Below are positions 1 through 10,075 of a DNA stretch of 64,000 nt, one piece after another; the first letter of the stretch is position 1; every line of letters starts with the position of its first letter. A program made the position numbers and the translations under genes. The notes under the pieces are model-generated. The model saw nothing but the letters and a program-made list of their open reading frames with translations, made no database searches and was not told where the DNA came from. This DNA is from Longimicrobiales bacterium (GTDB lineage: Bacteria > Gemmatimonadota > Gemmatimonadetes > Longimicrobiales > RSA9), in NCBI GenBank assembly GCA_036381255.1, contig DASVDG010000114.1, positions 12,326 through 76,325 on the forward strand, read 5' to 3'.

Positions 1-451
1 TGGCGATCCCGTCGACCGAGCCCACGCCGCCGACCGTCGGCGCGGGCGAGAGGCCGCTGTAGATCCCGATCGACGCATCCACGTTGAGGCTCGGCACGAA
101 GATGCCGATGTCGTCCGTGTCGCCGGCGTCGAGGACGGGCGGCAGATCCGCGAAGACGCCGGTCGCGCGCCCCGCGACGCTGAAGCGCGGGAGCGCGCCG
201 AGCCGCATGCCGAGCGTGCTGGCCGTCCCCGGCACCGGGTTGCCGCCCGTCGCCGCGAGGCCGATGACCGGCTGCGCGATCTCGATCGCCTGCGCCACCA
301 GGTTGCAGAACTGGCGCGCCTCGCTGCCGGCCGTTGCCGTCGCCTGAGCGCAGCGCCGCGCCAACGCTTCCTCCTGGGCCGCCGCCACGCCGGGCCCGAA
401 CAACAGCAGCGCCGCCGCGCACGCGGCCGCGAGCTTCGTCTGTCGCCCCAT
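1..451 (-). CDS. hypothetical secreted protein, N-terminal part (3' end lies outside the window)
   Basis: Not in the ORF track because no stop lies in the window. ATG at 449-451 (minus) is preceded by AAGGAGGGGG. N-terminus MGRQTKLAAACAAALLLFGPGVAAAQ looks like a signal peptide. No in-frame stop down to nt 2. G/C-ending codons throughout. Confidence 0.5.
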   Translation of the reverse strand, partial: MGRQTKLAAACAAALLLFGPGVAAAQEEALARRCAQATATAGSEARQFCNLVAQAIEIAQPVIGLAATGGNPVPGTASTLGMRLGALPRFSVAGRATGVFADLPPVLDAGDTDDIGIFVPSLNVDASIGIYSGLSPAPTVGGVGSVDGIA

Positions 452-471
452 CGCCCCCTCCTTGCGCATCC

Positions 472-1533
472 TCAGAGCAGCGTCACGCGACGCTCCCCGT
501 TCTCGACCACGCCGGCCACCCAGGCGTCCTCGCCCTCGGCCCGGAGCCGCTCGACGGCGTCCGTGACCTGCTCCGGCGGGACGACGAGCACCATCCCCAC
601 GCCCATGTTGAACGTGTGGGCCATCTCGTCCTCGGACACGCCGCCGTGACGCATGATCGACTCGAACTCGGGCGGCATCATCCACGTCGAGCGCTGGATG
701 CGGGCCTCGAGACCGTCGGGGATCACACGGGCGAGGTTCTCGGGGATCCCGCCGCCGGTGATGTGCGCCAGTGCATGAACCTTGCCGGCCTCGACCAGCG
801 GCAGCACCGGCTTCAGATAGCTGCGGTGCACGCGGAGCAGCACGTCGGCGATGGATTCGCCGAGGTCGGGGAACTCGTCGTCGATGCCGAGGCCGAGGCG
901 GTCGAACAGCAGGCGCCGCACCAGCGAGTAGCCGTTCGTGTGGAACCCGTTCGACGCCAGGGCGACGAGCGCGTCGCCGGCCTTCACGCGGTGCTTGCCC
1001 GGCCGCCGCTCCTCCTCGACCACGCCCACGATGAACCCGGCCAGGTCGTACTCGCCGGGGGCGTAGAAGTCCGGCATCTCGGCGGTCTCGCCGCCGAGCA
1101 GCGCGCAGCCGTTCTCGCGGCACCCCGCGGCCACGCCGGCCACGAGCTGCTCGGTCACGCCCGCCTCCAGTCGGCCCATCCCGATGTAGTCGAGGAAGAA
1201 GAGCGGGCGCGCGCCCTCGACCAGGATGTCGTCGACGCAGTGGTTGACCAGGTCGCGGCCGACGGTGTCGTGCCGGCCGGCCATCATCGCGACCTTGAGC
1301 TTCGTCCCGACGCCGTCGGCGCTGGCCACGAGCGCGGGCTTCTCGAGCCCGCCGGGCATGCGGAACATGCCGCCGAACGCGCCCGGCTCGGAGATCACGC
1401 CCGGGATCTCCGTCGAACGCACCAGCTCGGCGATCCGGCTCTTCGCCCGCGCCGCGGCGTCGCGGTCGACGCCGGCCTCGCGGTAGCTCAGCCCCGCCGT
1501 GCCGGCGGCCTTCGTCGGCTCAGGCATGGGCAC
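472..1533 (-). CDS. purM: phosphoribosylformylglycinamidine cyclo-ligase (AIR synthetase)
   Basis: 353 aa. N-terminus LSYREAGVD and the full-length pattern (GGFGGMF-like, DGVGTK, ALLGGETAEMP, AHITGGG) are typical of PurM. Confidence 0.9.
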   Translation of the reverse strand: MPMPEPTKAAGTAGLSYREAGVDRDAAARAKSRIAELVRSTEIPGVISEPGAFGGMFRMPGGLEKPALVASADGVGTKLKVAMMAGRHDTVGRDLVNHCVDDILVEGARPLFFLDYIGMGRLEAGVTEQLVAGVAAGCRENGCALLGGETAEMPDFYAPGEYDLAGFIVGVVEEERRPGKHRVKAGDALVALASNGFHTNGYSLVRRLLFDRLGLGIDDEFPDLGESIADVLLRVHRSYLKPVLPLVEAGKVHALAHITGGGIPENLARVIPDGLEARIQRSTWMMPPEFESIMRHGGVSEDEMAHTFNMGVGMVLVVPPEQVTDAVERLRAEGEDAWVAGVVENGERRVTLL

Positions 1534-2449
1534 CCGCCGTCCAGGGGTGTTCGAACGCCGTCATCTCACGGAACGCGCCGACGCGCTCGTGAACGGCCGT
1601 GAGGCGCAGGTCCACCAGCCGCTCCACGCTGAACCGTTCGACGGCGAACGAGCCCAGCGCCGAACCGTAGACCATCGCCCGCCGCAGCTCTTCCGGATCC
1701 GTCGAGCCCGTCTGGGCCAGGTACCCGAGGAACCCGCCGGCGAAGGAGTCGCCCGCGCCCGTCGGATCGAAGATCTCCTCCAGCGGGTAGCCCGGGGTGA
1801 AGAAGACCATGTCGGGCGTGAAGAGCATGGCGCCGTGCTCGCCCTTCTTGATCACGACGAAGCGCGGCCCGCGCTCCTGCACCCAGCGCGCGGCGCGGAC
1901 CAGGTTGTAGTCGCCCGAAAGCGCGCGGATCTCCGCGTCGTTGATCAGCAGCACATCGACGCGCCCGAGCAGGTGGACCAGCGCGTCCTTCTTCGACTCG
2001 ATCCAGTAGTTCATCGTGTCGCACGCCACGACCTTCGGCGCGCGGACCTGGTCGAGCACGTCCATCTGGAGCTCGGGGTCGATGTTCGCCAGGAACACCC
2101 ACTCGGCGTCGCGGAACGCATCCGGGATCTCCGGCCGGAACTCGGCGAAGACGCCGAGCCGCGTCTCGCGCGTCACGGCCGTGTTCAGGTCGTAGTCGTA
2201 GGAGCCGGCCCAGCGGAAGCTCTCGCCCGGCGCCCGGACGAGCCCGGCCAGGTCGACGCCGCGATCCGCCAGGAAACGCAGCTTCTCGGTCGGGAAGTCG
2301 TCGCCGACCACGCCCACGAGCTGCACGGGGTGGAACAGCGACGCCGCGGCGCCGAAGAAGACCGCCGATCCGCCGAGCGCCTCCGATGTGCGTCCGAACG
2401 GCGTCTCCACCGAGTCCAGCGCCACACTCCCTACCACCAGCAAGCTCAT
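1520..2449 (-). CDS. PfkB-family carbohydrate/nucleoside kinase
   Basis: Real start MSLLVVGSVALD at 2449 (ATG, 4-nt ATGA overlap with the argS stop). The 619-aa track ORF is an over-extension. C-terminal DPTGAGDSFAGGFLGYL is the PfkB signature. Confidence 0.8.
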   Translation of the reverse strand: MSLLVVGSVALDSVETPFGRTSEALGGSAVFFGAAASLFHPVQLVGVVGDDFPTEKLRFLADRGVDLAGLVRAPGESFRWAGSYDYDLNTAVTRETRLGVFAEFRPEIPDAFRDAEWVFLANIDPELQMDVLDQVRAPKVVACDTMNYWIESKKDALVHLLGRVDVLLINDAEIRALSGDYNLVRAARWVQERGPRFVVIKKGEHGAMLFTPDMVFFTPGYPLEEIFDPTGAGDSFAGGFLGYLAQTGSTDPEELRRAMVYGSALGSFAVERFSVERLVDLRLTAVHERVGAFREMTAFEHPWTAGAHA

Positions 2450-4131
2450 TCGCCGTCCTCCCGTTCCATGCGTTCCGGCGCCGTCAGCCCGAGCAGCTCG
2501 AGACCGTTGCGGAGTACGATGGCCACGCCGCGGGTCAGGACCAGCCGCGCCGCGCGGAGCGCCGGGTCGTCGACCAGGACCGCGAGCTCCGGGTTCCGGC
2601 TCGGGTTCCCGGCGTGGTACCACGAGTTGACCATTCCCGCCGTCGTCTCCAGGTAGTCGCACAGCAGATGGGGTGCCCGGGCTTCCGCCGCGCGCTCCAC
2701 CACCTCCGGGAAGAGCCAGAGCTGCTTGATCAGCGACTGCTCCGTCTCGTCGACCAGCAGGCCGAGATCGGCCGCGGCCGGTTCCAGCGACTCCGGCTCG
2801 ATGCCGGCCTTGCGCAGGATGCTCTTCATCCGCGCGTGCGCGTACTGGACCTTGTAGACCGGGTTCTTCTCCGAGTGGTCCAGCGCCAGGTCGAGGTCGA
2901 AGACCATCTGCGCGTCCGGGCTGCGCATGAGGAAGAAGTACCGCGCGACGTCCACGCCGGTCTCCTCGAAGAGGTCGCGCAGCGTCACGATCTCGCCGGC
3001 GCGCTTGCTCAGCCGCACCTCCTTGCCGCCCCGCAGGATCCGGACGATCTGCACGATCTCGATCTCGAGGAAGTCCGGCAGGCCGAGCGCCGCGAGCGCC
3101 GCCTGCATCCGCGGCACGTAGCCGTGGTGGTCGGCGCCCCAGACGTCGATCGCGCGGTCGAAGCCGCGGCGCGCCTTCTCCCGGTGGTAGGCGATGTCCG
3201 GCGTGAAGTACGTGAACGTGCCGTCGCTCTTGACCAGGACGCGGTCCTTGTCGTCGCCGAACGTCGTCGTCCGCAGCCAGACGGCGCCCTCCTCCTCGTA
3301 CGTCAGCCCGCGCTCGCCGAGCTCTCGCAGCGTGTCCTCGATCCGGTGCTCCGCGTAGACGCGGCTCTCCGGGTACCACTCATCGAAGACCACCCGGAAC
3401 TCCCGGAGGTCACGCTCCTGCTCCTCGCGGAGCCGACGCACCGCCCAGTCCCGCAGCCAGCGGTGCCGGGTGTCGGCATCCATCGCGCGCAGCGCGTCGC
3501 CGGCTTCCGCCTCCGCTTCGGCCGCCAGGTCGACGAGGTACTCGCCCATGTAGCCGCCTTCGGGCAGCTCGGCGTCTTCGCCCTGCCGCTGGCGCCAGCG
3601 CGCTTCCAGCGACTGCGCGAGCCGGTCGATCTGGACGCCCGCGTCGTTGATGTAGAACTCGCGGGCGACGTCGTGGCCGGTCCATTCGAGCAGGCTCGCG
3701 ATCGCGTCGCCGATCGCCGCGCCGCGGCCGTGGGCGACGTGCAGCGGCCCGGTCGGATTCGCCGACACGAACTCCACCTGCACGCGCCGCCCCTCGCCGC
3801 CCGCGCTCCGGCCGAACCGCCGGTCGGCCTCCACGATCTCGGCCAGCTGCGACTGGAAGACCGTGTCCGCGAAGCGGAAGTTGATGAACCCCGGGCCCGC
3901 GATCTCGACCGCGGCGAGCCCGGCCTGGGACAGGTCCAGCCGCTCGACGATCGCCTCGGCCACCGCGCGCGGCGGACGGCCGAGGCGCCCGGCCAGCGCG
4001 AGCGCGACGTTCGTCGCCAGGTCGCCGTGCTCCGGGTTGCGCGGCCGCTCCAGCCGCACCTCGACGCCCGGGCCGGCCAGCTCCGAGACGACGGCCTCGA
4101 TCTGTTCCTTCAGTCGTTCTGCCGGCATCAT
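2446..4131 (-). CDS. argS: arginine--tRNA ligase
   Basis: Start reassigned to MMPAERLKEQ (4131), giving an ATGA overlap with the upstream zinc-ribbon gene stop. Class I HIGH-like motif (ANPTGPLHVAHGRG) and a C-terminal anticodon-binding domain. Confidence 0.9.
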   Translation of the reverse strand: MMPAERLKEQIEAVVSELAGPGVEVRLERPRNPEHGDLATNVALALAGRLGRPPRAVAEAIVERLDLSQAGLAAVEIAGPGFINFRFADTVFQSQLAEIVEADRRFGRSAGGEGRRVQVEFVSANPTGPLHVAHGRGAAIGDAIASLLEWTGHDVAREFYINDAGVQIDRLAQSLEARWRQRQGEDAELPEGGYMGEYLVDLAAEAEAEAGDALRAMDADTRHRWLRDWAVRRLREEQERDLREFRVVFDEWYPESRVYAEHRIEDTLRELGERGLTYEEEGAVWLRTTTFGDDKDRVLVKSDGTFTYFTPDIAYHREKARRGFDRAIDVWGADHHGYVPRMQAALAALGLPDFLEIEIVQIVRILRGGKEVRLSKRAGEIVTLRDLFEETGVDVARYFFLMRSPDAQMVFDLDLALDHSEKNPVYKVQYAHARMKSILRKAGIEPESLEPAAADLGLLVDETEQSLIKQLWLFPEVVERAAEARAPHLLCDYLETTAGMVNSWYHAGNPSRNPELAVLVDDPALRAARLVLTRGVAIVLRNGLELLGLTAPERMEREDGE

Positions 4132-4409
4132 TCCGTCGTCGAACCCGAGCCGCCGCCCGACTTCGACTCGCTCTTCCCCGAACCCTTGCTGCCGCCGGAC
4201 TTGTCCGCCTCGGCCGCCTTCTTGTAACTGTCGCTCCGGTAGTCCGTGATGTAGAAGCCGGACCCCTTGAACAGCAGGCCGGCGCCCGCCGAGAGCTGCC
4301 GTTCCGCCTCGGCGCCGCACTCCGGACACGTCGCGACCGGCGGGTCGCTCATTCGCTGGAATTCCTCGAAATCATGCCCCTTCGGGCAACGGTACTCGTA
4401 CGTCGGCAT
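4128..4409 (-). CDS. FmdB-family zinc-ribbon protein
   Basis: MPTYEYRCPKGHDFEEFQRMSD...CPECG (CxxC...CxxC) followed by a Gly/Ser/Lys-rich tail. Start ATG at 4409. Confidence 0.75.
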   Translation of the reverse strand: MPTYEYRCPKGHDFEEFQRMSDPPVATCPECGAEAERQLSAGAGLLFKGSGFYITDYRSDSYKKAAEADKSGGSKGSGKSESKSGGGSGSTTE

Positions 4410-4463
4410 CCTACACCTCGCACCATCACGATTCCACATCGTTTCGACAACACCGGGGGCCGA

Positions 4464-6098
4464 TCACACCCCCGTCGCCCGGTATACCCCCCACTCGGCG
4501 CGAAGGACGTCGCTGATCTCGCCGAGCGTGGCCATCGCCTTCACCGCGTCGATGATCGGCGGCATCAGGTTGTCGGTGCCGCGGGCGGCAACGCCGATCG
4601 CCTCGAGCGCGCGCCGGACCGCGGCCTCGTCGCGGCCGCGCCGGACTTCCGCGAGCTTCTGCTTCTGCCGCGCCTCGAGCGCCGGGAAATCCGGCTGTTC
4701 GATCCGCGGCGGCCCTTCCTCGGTGCGGTACGCGTTCACCCCGACGATCGTCCGGTCGCCGCGCTCCACCGAGAGCTGGTGCTCGTACGCCGACCGGTGG
4801 ATCTCCTCCTGGAAGAACGCGATCGCACGCGCCGCGCCGCCCAGCTCGTCGACCTTGTTCAGGTACGCCCGCGCCTTCTCCTCCAGCGCGTCCGTCAGCG
4901 CCTCGACGTAGTAGCTCCCGCCCAGCGGATCGATCGTCTCGCTCACGCCCGATTCGGCCGCCAGGATCTGCTGCGTCCGCAGCGCGAGCCGCGCCGACTC
5001 CTCCGTCGGCAGCGCCAGCGCCTCGTCGTACGCGTTCGTGTGGAGCGACTGCGTCCCGCCGAGCACCGCCGCCAGCGCCTGGACCGTGACGCGGACCACG
5101 TTGTTCAGCGGCTGCTGCGCGGTCAGCGTCACGCCGCCCGTCTGCGTGTGGAAGCGGAGCCGGCACGAATCCTCGGACGCCGCGTACCGCTCGCGCATCA
5201 GTCGCGCCCAGAGCCGCCGCGCCGCGCGGAACTTCGCGACCTCCTCGAACAGGTCGTTGTGCGACGCGAAGAAGAACGACAGCCGCGGCGCGAACGCATC
5301 CACCTCGAGTCCCCGGTCGACCGCCCGCGCCACGTACTCCAGCGCGTTCGCGAACGTGAACGCGATCTCCTGCGCCGCCGTCGAGCCCGCCTCACGGATG
5401 TGGTAGCCGCTGATCGAGATCGTGTTCCAGCGCGGGACCTCCTCCGCGCAGAACGCGAAGATGTCCGTGACCAGCCGGAGGCTCGGCTCGACCGGGTAGA
5501 TGTACGTCCCCCGCGCGATGTACTCCTTCAGCACGTCGTTCTGCACCGTGCCGGCGATCTTGCTCCGCGGCACGCCGCGCTCGTCGGCGAGCGCGATGTA
5601 GAAGGCGAGGAGGATCGCGGCGGTGGAGTTGATGGTCATCGACACCGAGACGCGGTCCAGCGGGATCCCGTCGAAGAGGGCGCGCACGTCCTCCAGCGTG
5701 TCGATCGCCACGCCGACGCGCCCGACCTCGCCCTCGGCCATCGCCGCGTCCGAGTCGTACCCCATCTGCGTCGGCAGGTCGAACGCGACGCTGAGCCCCG
5801 TCTGGCCGTGGTCGAGCAGGTACCGGTAGCGCCGGTTCGTCTCCTCCGCCGTGCCGAACCCCGCGTACTGCCGCATCGTCCAGAGCCGGCCCCGGTACAT
5901 CGTCGGGTAGACCCCGCGGGTGAACGGGAACTCGCCCGGGTAGCCGAGGTCCGCCGCGTAGTCGACGTCCACGTCGGACGGGTCGTACACCCGCTCGACC
6001 TCGACGCCGCTCGTCGTCTCGAAGCGGTCGCGCCGCTCCGCGTGCTTCGCCAGCACCGGCGCGGCCGTTTCCCGTGCCCAGCGCTCCTTGTCCGCCAT
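4464..6098 (-). CDS. methylmalonyl-CoA mutase family, catalytic (N-terminal) chain without a B12-binding domain
   Basis: 544 aa with [39 protein letters not shown] and [13 protein letters not shown], the conserved MCM barrel motifs. It ends before any DxHxxG B12 domain. Confidence 0.85.
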   Translation of the reverse strand: MADKERWARETAAPVLAKHAERRDRFETTSGVEVERVYDPSDVDVDYAADLGYPGEFPFTRGVYPTMYRGRLWTMRQYAGFGTAEETNRRYRYLLDHGQTGLSVAFDLPTQMGYDSDAAMAEGEVGRVGVAIDTLEDVRALFDGIPLDRVSVSMTINSTAAILLAFYIALADERGVPRSKIAGTVQNDVLKEYIARGTYIYPVEPSLRLVTDIFAFCAEEVPRWNTISISGYHIREAGSTAAQEIAFTFANALEYVARAVDRGLEVDAFAPRLSFFFASHNDLFEEVAKFRAARRLWARLMRERYAASEDSCRLRFHTQTGGVTLTAQQPLNNVVRVTVQALAAVLGGTQSLHTNAYDEALALPTEESARLALRTQQILAAESGVSETIDPLGGSYYVEALTDALEEKARAYLNKVDELGGAARAIAFFQEEIHRSAYEHQLSVERGDRTIVGVNAYRTEEGPPRIEQPDFPALEARQKQKLAEVRRGRDEAAVRRALEAIGVAARGTDNLMPPIIDAVKAMATLGEISDVLRAEWGVYRATGV

Positions 6099-6120
6099 CG
6101 CGACTCCTCTCGACCGCGCC

Positions 6121-6624
6121 CTAGCCCTCGAACTCGACCAGGACCGCGCCCTTCTCCACCGCCTGGCCCTGCTCCACGAGCACCCGGGCGACGACGCCTT
6201 CCGCCTCGGCCTGCAGCTCGTTCTCCATCTTCATCGCCTCGATGATCACGATCCCCTGCCCGGGGCGGACCGACTGGCCGGCCTCGACCTCGACCCGCAC
6301 GACGAGCCCCGGCATCGGCGCGCGCACCGGCTTCGGCCCCTGCGCGCCCTTGACGCCGCCGGTCATCGCACGGATCGCACGCGTCCGCTCGTCGACGACC
6401 TCGACCGCGTAACGCTGTCCATCCAGGTGCAGGTCCCAGGCGCCCCGCGCCTCGCCCTTGCCGGCCACCAGCCCGAACGACCGGCCGTCCGCCAGCAGGT
6501 GCCGGACCGGCGTCCCGGGCAGCGACTCGAGCTCCGCCGCCACCGGGCGGCCGTCCACCGTGGCCGTGCCCGCCGAGAGGTCCACCTCGAACGTCCGCTC
6601 GCCGATCGTCACGTAGTATCGCAT
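6121..6624 (-). CDS. biotin carboxyl carrier / biotinyl-domain protein
   Basis: Start MRYYVTIG at 6624. C-terminal lipoyl/biotinyl fold with EAMKMENE (biotinyl-Lys motif AMKM). The 520-aa track ORF is an over-extension. Confidence 0.8.
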   Translation of the reverse strand: MRYYVTIGERTFEVDLSAGTATVDGRPVAAELESLPGTPVRHLLADGRSFGLVAGKGEARGAWDLHLDGQRYAVEVVDERTRAIRAMTGGVKGAQGPKPVRAPMPGLVVRVEVEAGQSVRPGQGIVIIEAMKMENELQAEAEGVVARVLVEQGQAVEKGAVLVEFEG

Positions 6625-7904
6625 GCCAACTCCACCACCGTTTCGACGTGCGCGGTCTGCGGGAACAGGTCTAAGCACCGCACCGACCGCGTCCGGTACA
6701 CCGGCGCGAGCCGCGCCAGGTCCCGCGCCAGCGTCGCCGGGTCGCAGCTCACGTAGATCAGCCGCGCCGGCGGCCGCGCGCGCAGCACCTCCGGCACCGC
6801 GGGATGCAGCCCCGTCCGCGGCGGGTTCAGGATCGCCAGCTCCGCCGGGAGCGCGTCGGCCAGCTTCTCCTCCACCGCGCCCGCCACGAATTCCGCGCCC
6901 TCCGGCGCCGCGGCCCGCGCCTCCCGCACCGCGTGCGCGTCGAGCTCGATCCCGACGACGCGCGCGCCGGCGCGCGCCAGCCGCCGCGCGTGCAACCCGA
7001 CGCCGCAGTAGGCGTCGACGACGCGCAGCCCCGCAACGTCCCCGGCCCGCTCCAGCACATGCGCCTCGAGCCGCGCCGCCGCGCCCCGGTTCACCTGGAG
7101 GAACATCGCGCCGCTGAGCTCCAGCTCCTCGTCGGCCCAGACCTCCGGCACCGTCTCCCGCCCCGCCAGCAGCACCGGCCCCGCCGCGCCCGCCGGCCGG
7201 TGCCAGACCGCGGCCAGCCCGGCGACGCGCTCGAGCAGCTCGGTCGCGCGCCCCGGCGCGTACCCTCCCTCGACCAGCAGCGCGACGGCGCCCGCCGCCG
7301 TGCCGCGCAGCGTCAGGCGCAGCTCGCGCCCGGACGGGAGCCGGCTCGCGTCGTCGCCCCACGCCGCGCGCAGCCGCCCCCACACCTCCGCGACCGCCGG
7401 CTCGGGCAGCAGGCACGCCTGCGTAATGTCCACGACCCGCCCCGGCCGGCCCACCTCGTGGAACCCCGCCACCACCCGCCCGCCGCCGAGCCGCCGCAGC
7501 GTGAACGACACCCGGTTGCGGTACCGGAACTCCTCCGGCGACGCCACGACCGCCGGCACCTCCGCCTCGACGCCGCCGATCCGCCGCAGCGCGTCCGCGA
7601 CGATCTCCCGCTTCACGCGAAGCTGTGCCGCGTACGTCAGGTGCTCGACCGTGCACCCGCCGCAGCGCGCGTAGTGCGGGCACGGCGCCTCACGGCGGTC
7701 CGGACCCGGGCGCAGCACGCGCAGCAGCTCGGCGCGCGCCCAGCGCCGCTTCTCCTCGACCACCCGCACGACCGCCCGGTCGCCGGGCGCGGTCCGGTGC
7801 ACGAACACCGCACGCCCGTCCGGGAGCCGGCCGACGCCCGCGCCGCCCGTCGCGATCCCCGTGATCTCGACCTCGACGCCGCCCGCCCTCCCGCGCTCGC
7901 CCAT
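6609..7904 (-). CDS. 23S rRNA (uracil-5-)-methyltransferase RumA/RlmD-like (TRAM + SAM methyltransferase)
   Basis: Start MGERGRAGGVEVEITGIATGGAGVGRL at 7904. Cys cluster CPHYARCGGC, SAM motif VVDAYCGVGL, and C-terminal YVSCDPATLARD...DLFPQTAHVE. Confidence 0.8.
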   Translation of the reverse strand: MGERGRAGGVEVEITGIATGGAGVGRLPDGRAVFVHRTAPGDRAVVRVVEEKRRWARAELLRVLRPGPDRREAPCPHYARCGGCTVEHLTYAAQLRVKREIVADALRRIGGVEAEVPAVVASPEEFRYRNRVSFTLRRLGGGRVVAGFHEVGRPGRVVDITQACLLPEPAVAEVWGRLRAAWGDDASRLPSGRELRLTLRGTAAGAVALLVEGGYAPGRATELLERVAGLAAVWHRPAGAAGPVLLAGRETVPEVWADEELELSGAMFLQVNRGAAARLEAHVLERAGDVAGLRVVDAYCGVGLHARRLARAGARVVGIELDAHAVREARAAAPEGAEFVAGAVEEKLADALPAELAILNPPRTGLHPAVPEVLRARPPARLIYVSCDPATLARDLARLAPVYRTRSVRCLDLFPQTAHVETVVELACDTT

Positions 7905-8005
7905 CGCTTGCCTCGGATCGCTTTCACGGCCGGCTCGCCCGAACCGGCGCGGCGCACAAGATAGCCGCCGCACGCGTCGCCAGAAAGGTGCCGGAATACG
8001 GCCGC

Positions 8006-9499
8006 CTACCGCCGCCAGCCCCGCTCCCGCCAACCGCTTCCGGCGCCGGCGCCGGCCGTCGCGATCCGCCCCACCGCCCGCCGCTGCCGCTCCTCGTTCT
8101 CGAGCAGCGCCGCCGCCAGCGCCGCGGCACGCAGCGCCTCCTCGTCCGCAGCGGCCTCCAGCAGCGCCGGGTGCTTGTCGAGGTAGCGGATGTCCAGGCG
8201 GCCCGCCCGGAAATCCGGCTCCTCCATGACTCGCTGGTGGAACGGCGCGCTCGTCTCGACGCCGACGATGCGAAGCTCCGCGAGCGCGCGGCGCATCCGA
8301 TCGATCGCCGCCTCCCGGTCCGCGCCGTGGACGATCAGCTTGCCGAGCAGCGGGTCGTAGAACAGCGACACCTCGAAGCCCTCCGCGATCCCGCCGTCCC
8401 AGCGCACGCCCGGCCCCGCCGGGAGTTGGAACGACTCGATCCGCCCGGTAGACGGCAGGAACCCGTTCCGCGCGTCCTCGCTCGTGATCCGGCACTCGAT
8501 CGCGTGCCCCGTGAGCCGCACGTCCCCCTGCGCGTACGGCAGGCGCTCGCCCGCCGCGATCCGGATCTGCCACTGCACCAGGTCGATCCCCGTCACGAGC
8601 TCCGTGACCGGGTGCTCGACCTGGATCCGCGTGTTCATCTCCAGGAAGTAGAATTCGCCGTCCTGGTACAGGAACTCGATCGTCCCCGCGTTGCGGTAGT
8701 CGACGGCGCGCGCGGCCGCCACCGCGGCTTCGCCCATCCGCTCCCGCAGCTCCGGCGTCAGCGCCGGCGACGGCGCCTCCTCCACCATCTTCTGGTGCCG
8801 CCGCTGGATCGAGCACTCCCGCTCACCCAGGTACAGCGTCGTCCCGTACCCGTCCGCCAGCACCTGGATCTCGATGTGCCGCGGCCCGACCAGGTACTTC
8901 TCGATGTACACGGACGGATCCCCGAACGCCGCCTGCGCCTCCCGCGCCGCCGCTTCGTACGCACGGGCCAGCTCGTCCGGCGAGTCGACGACCCGCATCC
9001 CCTTCCCGCCGCCGCCCGCCGCCGCCTTCAGCAGCACCGGGTACCCGATCTCCTCCGCCCGCACCACCGCCTCCGCCGCGTCCGCCAGCGGCTCCGCCGT
9101 CCCCGGCACCACCGGCACGCCCGCCGCCATCATCCGCCGCCGCGCCTCGGTCTTGTCGCCCATCGCCGTGATCGCCGCCGGCGACGGCCCGACGAACACG
9201 AGCCCCGCGTCCTCGACCGCCTGCGCGAAGTGCGCCCGCTCCGCCAGGAAGCCGTACCCCGGATGGATCGCCTCCGCGCCCGCACGCTTCGCCACCTCGA
9301 TCAGCTTCTCCGCCCGCAGGTAGCTCTCCGACGACGCCGCCGGACCGATCGGGTACGCCTCGTCCGCCTCGAGCACGTGCGGCGCGAGCCGGTCCGCCTC
9401 CGAGTACACGGCGACGGACTTCACGCCCAGCTCGCGGCACGCCCGGATGACGCGCAGCGCGATCTCGCCGCGGTTGGCAATCAGGAGTTTGGTGAACAT
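8006..9499 (-). CDS. accC: biotin carboxylase subunit of acetyl/propionyl-CoA carboxylase
   Basis: 497 aa. MFTKLLIANRGEIALRVIRACRELG, GYPVLLKAAAGGGGKGMR and EMNTRIQVEHPVTE are classical AccC motifs. Confidence 0.9.
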   Translation of the reverse strand: MFTKLLIANRGEIALRVIRACRELGVKSVAVYSEADRLAPHVLEADEAYPIGPAASSESYLRAEKLIEVAKRAGAEAIHPGYGFLAERAHFAQAVEDAGLVFVGPSPAAITAMGDKTEARRRMMAAGVPVVPGTAEPLADAAEAVVRAEEIGYPVLLKAAAGGGGKGMRVVDSPDELARAYEAAAREAQAAFGDPSVYIEKYLVGPRHIEIQVLADGYGTTLYLGERECSIQRRHQKMVEEAPSPALTPELRERMGEAAVAAARAVDYRNAGTIEFLYQDGEFYFLEMNTRIQVEHPVTELVTGIDLVQWQIRIAAGERLPYAQGDVRLTGHAIECRITSEDARNGFLPSTGRIESFQLPAGPGVRWDGGIAEGFEVSLFYDPLLGKLIVHGADREAAIDRMRRALAELRIVGVETSAPFHQRVMEEPDFRAGRLDIRYLDKHPALLEAAADEEALRAAALAAALLENEERQRRAVGRIATAGAGAGSGWRERGWRR

Positions 9500-9541
9500 C
9501 AGTGGTCAGTTGTCAGTGGTCAGTTGTCAGTTGCCAGTTGT
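9500..9541. repeat. tandem heptamer array, 6 units (plus strand: CAGTGGT CAGTTGT CAGTGGT CAGTTGT CAGTTGC CAGTTGT)
   Basis: Read directly. The array begins at the nucleotide next to the accC ATG (9497-9499). Confidence 0.95.
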
Positions 9542-9602
9542 CGGCGTTCTGTGTTCGGCAGCCGGAGGTTCCGCTCGGCGTTGAGACATTTCGAGTCGGA
9601 GT

Positions 9603-9977
9603 TCAGCTCTTCTTTTCTCGCGAAGCGAGAGTGCTGCGCAGGCCGTTGAGCATTCGTCCGATTTCCGCCGTTTGCTCCAGGAGCGAGTGGATCCGCGCGC
9701 TTTCGACGTAGCCCAGGCGCTCCGCTAGTTGGACATGCGTTTCTACCTCCGCGAGGGAGTCGTAGGCGATGGAAAGAAATCGCGCGAATTCTCTTCTACG
9801 CCGCCGGCCCTGTCCTTCCGCGATGTTCGCCGGAACGGATACGGCCGCCCGTCGGAGTTGCAACGCCAGCCCGTACAGCTCGTGCTTCGGGAAGCGCTCG
9901 GCCAACCGGTGGCACTCCACGACCATGTCCCTTGCCCTCTGCCAGACTGCCAGATCGCGATAGCTCCGAATCGGCAC
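9603..9977 (-). CDS. four-helix-bundle protein (23S rRNA intervening-sequence protein family)
   Basis: PIRSYRDLAVWQRARDMVVECHRLAERFPKHELYGLALQLRRAAVSVPANIAEGQGRRRRREF..SIAYDSLAEVETHV matches the family hallmark. Preferred start is GTG 9977 with GGAGG 6 nt upstream (track start 10046). Many A/T-ending codons, unlike the neighbouring genes. Confidence 0.8.
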   Translation of the reverse strand: MPIRSYRDLAVWQRARDMVVECHRLAERFPKHELYGLALQLRRAAVSVPANIAEGQGRRRRREFARFLSIAYDSLAEVETHVQLAERLGYVESARIHSLLEQTAEIGRMLNGLRSTLASREKKS

Positions 9978-10047
9978 CCATCGCCTCCCCCGCCAAGGCA
10001 CCGGATGGATCAGCCCCTTCCCGAATCCACATCCCGGCCGCGACACC

Positions 10048-10075
10048 GACGACTGACGACTGACGACTGACGACC
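10048..10075. repeat. tandem heptamer array, 4 units (plus strand: GACGACT x3, GACGACC); minus strand reads AGTCGTC
   Basis: Read directly. It lies 8 nt from the stop (10084) of the carboxyltransferase gene and is inverted relative to the 9500-9541 array. Confidence 0.9.

Noticed and set aside
9500-10075. Heptamer arrays as a CRISPR or as terminal inverted repeats of an IS element
   Set aside because: Seven-nt tandem units without spacers are not CRISPR. No transposase is present; the only enclosed ORF is the 124-aa four-helix-bundle protein. It is kept as a finding but not called an IS.
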